NCBI RefSeq assembly: GCF_964204865.1
Contig: NC_135259.1
Location: forward strand, 16,430,001 to 16,494,000
Reading direction: 5' to 3'
DNA from: Styela clava
Lineage: Eukaryota
DNA: 64,000 nucleotides
Part shown: piece by piece, positions 61,401-64,000 of the stretch
Numbering within the stretch: the first letter of the stretch is position 1
Layout: each line of letters begins with the position of its first letter
Notes under the pieces: generated by a model
What the model was told of the DNA's origin: nothing
Databases searched by the model: none
What the model saw: the letters and a program-made list of their open reading frames with translations, nothing else
Translations under genes and position numbers: made by a program

Positions 61401-63328
61401 CAAATGACTCATCCAGGAATGCAGCAAATGAGAGATCAACGATGGTATCAACAACAAGTAAAAAACAAACAGGTCAGTAGTTTGTGTTTTTTGTTTGCCA
61501 GGTTCACTAGTCGAATATTGTGGGCTTGACATGTCATTTGTATTGGATAATATGAGAGATTGCATCTGATTTTGAATGTATATCTCTAATTTGTTTATGA
61601 GCAATTTCCTCCTCACTAGTTTCTCACCTCACTGGTCGCTTGACAACTTCGCTACAGTAATACATCAATTTTGGAGCATAGCTGTTGCTTGTTTTGATTA
61701 TTTCATTTTTTGTTGATTTTATTTTCGGAGTTTTAAACTTGGAAAATAAATTTTTATCAGATTATTTTGTTAAATACCTTAGCAATTTATTATTAATATT
61801 TAACGAATTCTTTAAACCAATTCATTCAAAGTGAATCTTCTTTTTTCCAGGACATGCAGAAATGGATGGAAAGCCACGGATACTTTGAAACAGAAATGGA
61901 TGAATCCACCATGAAACGAATGCAGATGACATACATGCAAAACTGGAATCCTGCACAGAAGTCTGGTTATATGCAGTGGTATTGGCAGAACAAACAACAA
62001 GTACCTGCGTCCATGTATTACCAACAACAGACACCTCATTCTATGATGCAAAGACAGGCTTCTGCTTCTCAGGTAGTGAATATTTTTTGACGTTATTAAT
62101 GCGTACTAGAGTTCAAAGTCCAAATCCATTACCACCATCTCGCCCAATAAGGCAATGTCTGGTTGTCTAGATTTTTGTCAAGCCCTGAATAAGGCTATGA
62201 ATGATAATTCATTGAGCGAAGTTTATACAGAAGAACAACCAGCTCGTCAGAACTTTTTTCATTTAGAATTCTATCAATTCTTAATCTATTTTGGTCAATT
62301 TTTTTTTATTTCAAGTTTTTTCATTTTAAAACAAATCTGCTCCAAGCAACAAGGATTTCACTATTAACTACTTTTAATACATTCAAATATTACATTTCTG
62401 AAAGGCGTTATGTTTAGATTTGCAGGGTGAAAATTTTCCAGTTTCTAGATTAGTTACTAGCTTACTGGATGAAGTTTTTAAATTTAATTTCTGATATTCT
62501 CCAGGGTGCATCAAGTAGCATTCCACCACTAATGGGTTCAGAATATCAAGGCCGAGATTCAACTTTCACTCATGCTCCTTCACAACAGTCTGCACTTCAG
62601 GAAGCACCAATGCAGGTACTTTCGGGAATATTTTAGGAGTTGGTTTTGCACCTCACTCACTCTGATCAGGGCTACGTACAAACAGACATTGAAAAAGTAT
62701 AAGATACTAATTTTGGAATAACGGGAATCTTCCTAGTTTAGCTTTATCTGCTCAATTTATAGAATATTGATGTTGGTGGACGTGGTGTTTAGATCGGGAG
62801 AATAGATGCAGCCGGAGAAAACAGAAATGTTACTGGCTCCAGCCCCTAACCTTCTAATTGTTTTTTTCATATTTATAACTTTTTAATACTATAAATTTGA
62901 ATTCCAAGCATTGTGATAGCTTTACAAATATCATATAACTCAAAAAATTTATTTATTCATCCTAAAAAAGTGTGTTATTATTTTAACCATCTCAATTTTC
63001 ATTCAGGACTCAACCATGCTCACAGATTCATTCCGACAAGGTGTGATGGCTCCTAGGGCAGGAGGTCAGGGCATACCACCCCATGGTAGGCTTCCACACG
63101 GACAGGGGATGCAGCAACCAGATCCAACTATGCCATTCAGAGGTGGTCCAGGTGGCCCGCGACCTACCAGACCTCAGCAAGGTCTCATGAAAGGTGGACC
63201 GATACCTTCACTCATGGATAGACATATCCGACCAACCCGAGAATATGGTCAGCCACCGCCAAGTCAACCCAACCAACAATTTCGAGATGTTGAACACCAG
63301 ACATATGATTATAATCATGAAAGAAGAC
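46448..63328 (+). CDS. Large multi-exon RS-, RGG-, Lys- and Gln/Pro-rich nuclear protein; 3' end probably beyond the window; orthology not recognised
   Basis: About 30 GT-AG exons starting MDKSKKSAASAAAVPGKKK. They include poly-Lys tracts (50575-50760, 52640), RGRG repeats (52010-52180), RS exons (53730-53864, 54062-54148, 57270-57770), coiled-coil exons (60711-60897, 61167-61472) and a Pro/Gly exon (63008-63328). Confidence 0.8.
47799..47961. mobile_element. Merlin-like MITE
   Basis: GG...CC termini (GGTACTCCCGTAGT / ACTTCCGGAGCGCC), perfect 8-bp TSD CTATTTTA, internal GGTTAGGGTTAGG. Confidence 0.8.
49249..49483. mobile_element. Merlin-like MITE
   Basis: GGCACTCCCGTAG start with extended internal inverted repeats; TSD GCCTTGAT/GCCCTGAC. 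Confidence 0.7.
50923..51131. mobile_element. Merlin-like MITE
   Basis: Same internal sequence as the other copies; TSD CAAAATTC/CAAGACTC. Confidence 0.7.
51686..51898. mobile_element. Degenerate Charlie-type hAT MITE
   Basis: CAGTGGTGGGCAA start after TTCTAGAG and a GGGCCGGATTTG 3' signature; right end and TSD eroded. Confidence 0.45.
54169..54283. mobile_element. Merlin-like MITE, short form
   Basis: GGTGCTCCCGAAGTATGT / ACATACTTCTGAAGCGCC TIRs; TSD ATTTTAAC/ATTTTACC. Confidence 0.75.
56440..56575 (+). ncRNA. Intronic box H/ACA snoRNA (copy 1)
   Basis: Two hairpins. The 3' hairpin has stem CAAAGA/TCTTTG, pocket CCTTACC/TTTAATA and upper stem CAGCA/TGCTG, with ACA 14 nt from the pocket top. 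The hinge carries a variant H box, ATATTG. A conserved duplicate lies at 60447. Confidence 0.8.
59490..59657. mobile_element. 5'-truncated Merlin-like MITE
   Basis: TAGGGTTAGGCCATAATTTT...TGGTACACACACTTCTGGAGCGCC matches the other copies. Confidence 0.6.
59824..60135 (+). mobile_element. Probable tRNA-derived SINE
   Basis: ~310 bp with a degenerate A box (TGGTGCATCATGCT) and B box (GGTTCG) head and a short T-rich tail. Partial copies at ~37030-37180 (-) and ~49975-50100 (+). Confidence 0.55.
60447..60582 (+). ncRNA. Intronic box H/ACA snoRNA (copy 2)
   Basis: Near-identical to 56440-56575; differences are confined to apical regions and the hinge. Confidence 0.8.
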
Positions 63329-64000
63329 GTAAGTGATTTCTGTTAAAAAAAAATATGAGTGAATTCAATAACTATAAAAAAGCGTGGAGAGAAATAAGGG
63401 ATCCATGATTTCATATTCTGAGTACCACTGATCAACAACTAAACGGAAGTCTTGGGAGTCCACTACGGCTGGGCAAAATGTCTGAAAAACTAATTAAATA
63501 TTAAAATATTCTAATGGCATATCACTATCGTATAATACCACATGACCTGCACTACTTTGCTTGGACACATTTCTTGCCGTTGCTATATCGAATACTTCAA
63601 TCCTGAGAGAATCTGTCCATCACTCGCGCTAATAGACAGAAGTGATGAATTTCAATAGCCATTGTCTTGGATTATGATGTCTAGCATGACGTTTATATTT
63701 CTGAATTTGCATAAAGTGCCCCATAGTGCTCAAATTTGACGTTTTTCTCATGGGCTGTTTCATAAATTTAGAAAATTATCTAACCAGATAATAAGCTTAC
63801 GATATTTCAAGAGAAATGTCCCTTTGATCTGGCAGAAATGCCATTATTTTCAATTCCATCAGTCTTTTAACTCACTCAGAATTCATTGGATGTTAACTTT
63901 GCAGATTTTTTAAAAAATATACTGTATTAATATTTGAATTATCAGATTCAATACATATTCGATTTGACTCACTCCCACTAACTCTGGCAAATCAATTTTC

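Noticed and set aside
1-64000. CRISPR arrays, tRNA or rRNA genes, prokaryotic operons
   Set aside because: None seen; the DNA is eukaryotic with spliceosomal introns.

Overview
AT-rich animal genomic DNA with GT-AG introns and many MITEs. The gene content would fit an ascidian or other marine invertebrate, but that is inference. From left to right: the 5' part of ATG2 as one open frame of over 4.3 kb running off the left edge (minus); a non-autonomous hAT element; a Merlin/IS1595-type transposase-derived ORF with altered catalytic motifs; a complete 5,982-bp P-superfamily transposon (10256-16237; perfect 28-bp TIRs, 7-bp TSD); an intronless vasa/DDX4 gene with a 1.5-kb foldback palindrome just upstream; a recent ~5.13-kb tandem duplication carrying a degenerate ParB/Srx-like ORF; a 9-exon CYP2-clan P450; and a large, incomplete RS/RGG-rich gene whose introns carry two copies of a predicted H/ACA snoRNA. 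The most notable object is the P element, which has two convergent spliced genes. One is an 848-aa THAP-DDE transposase that stops right after the RNase H fold. The other is a separate 279-aa protein carrying the motifs of the missing P-transposase C-terminal domain, so the transposase appears to be split into two subunits.
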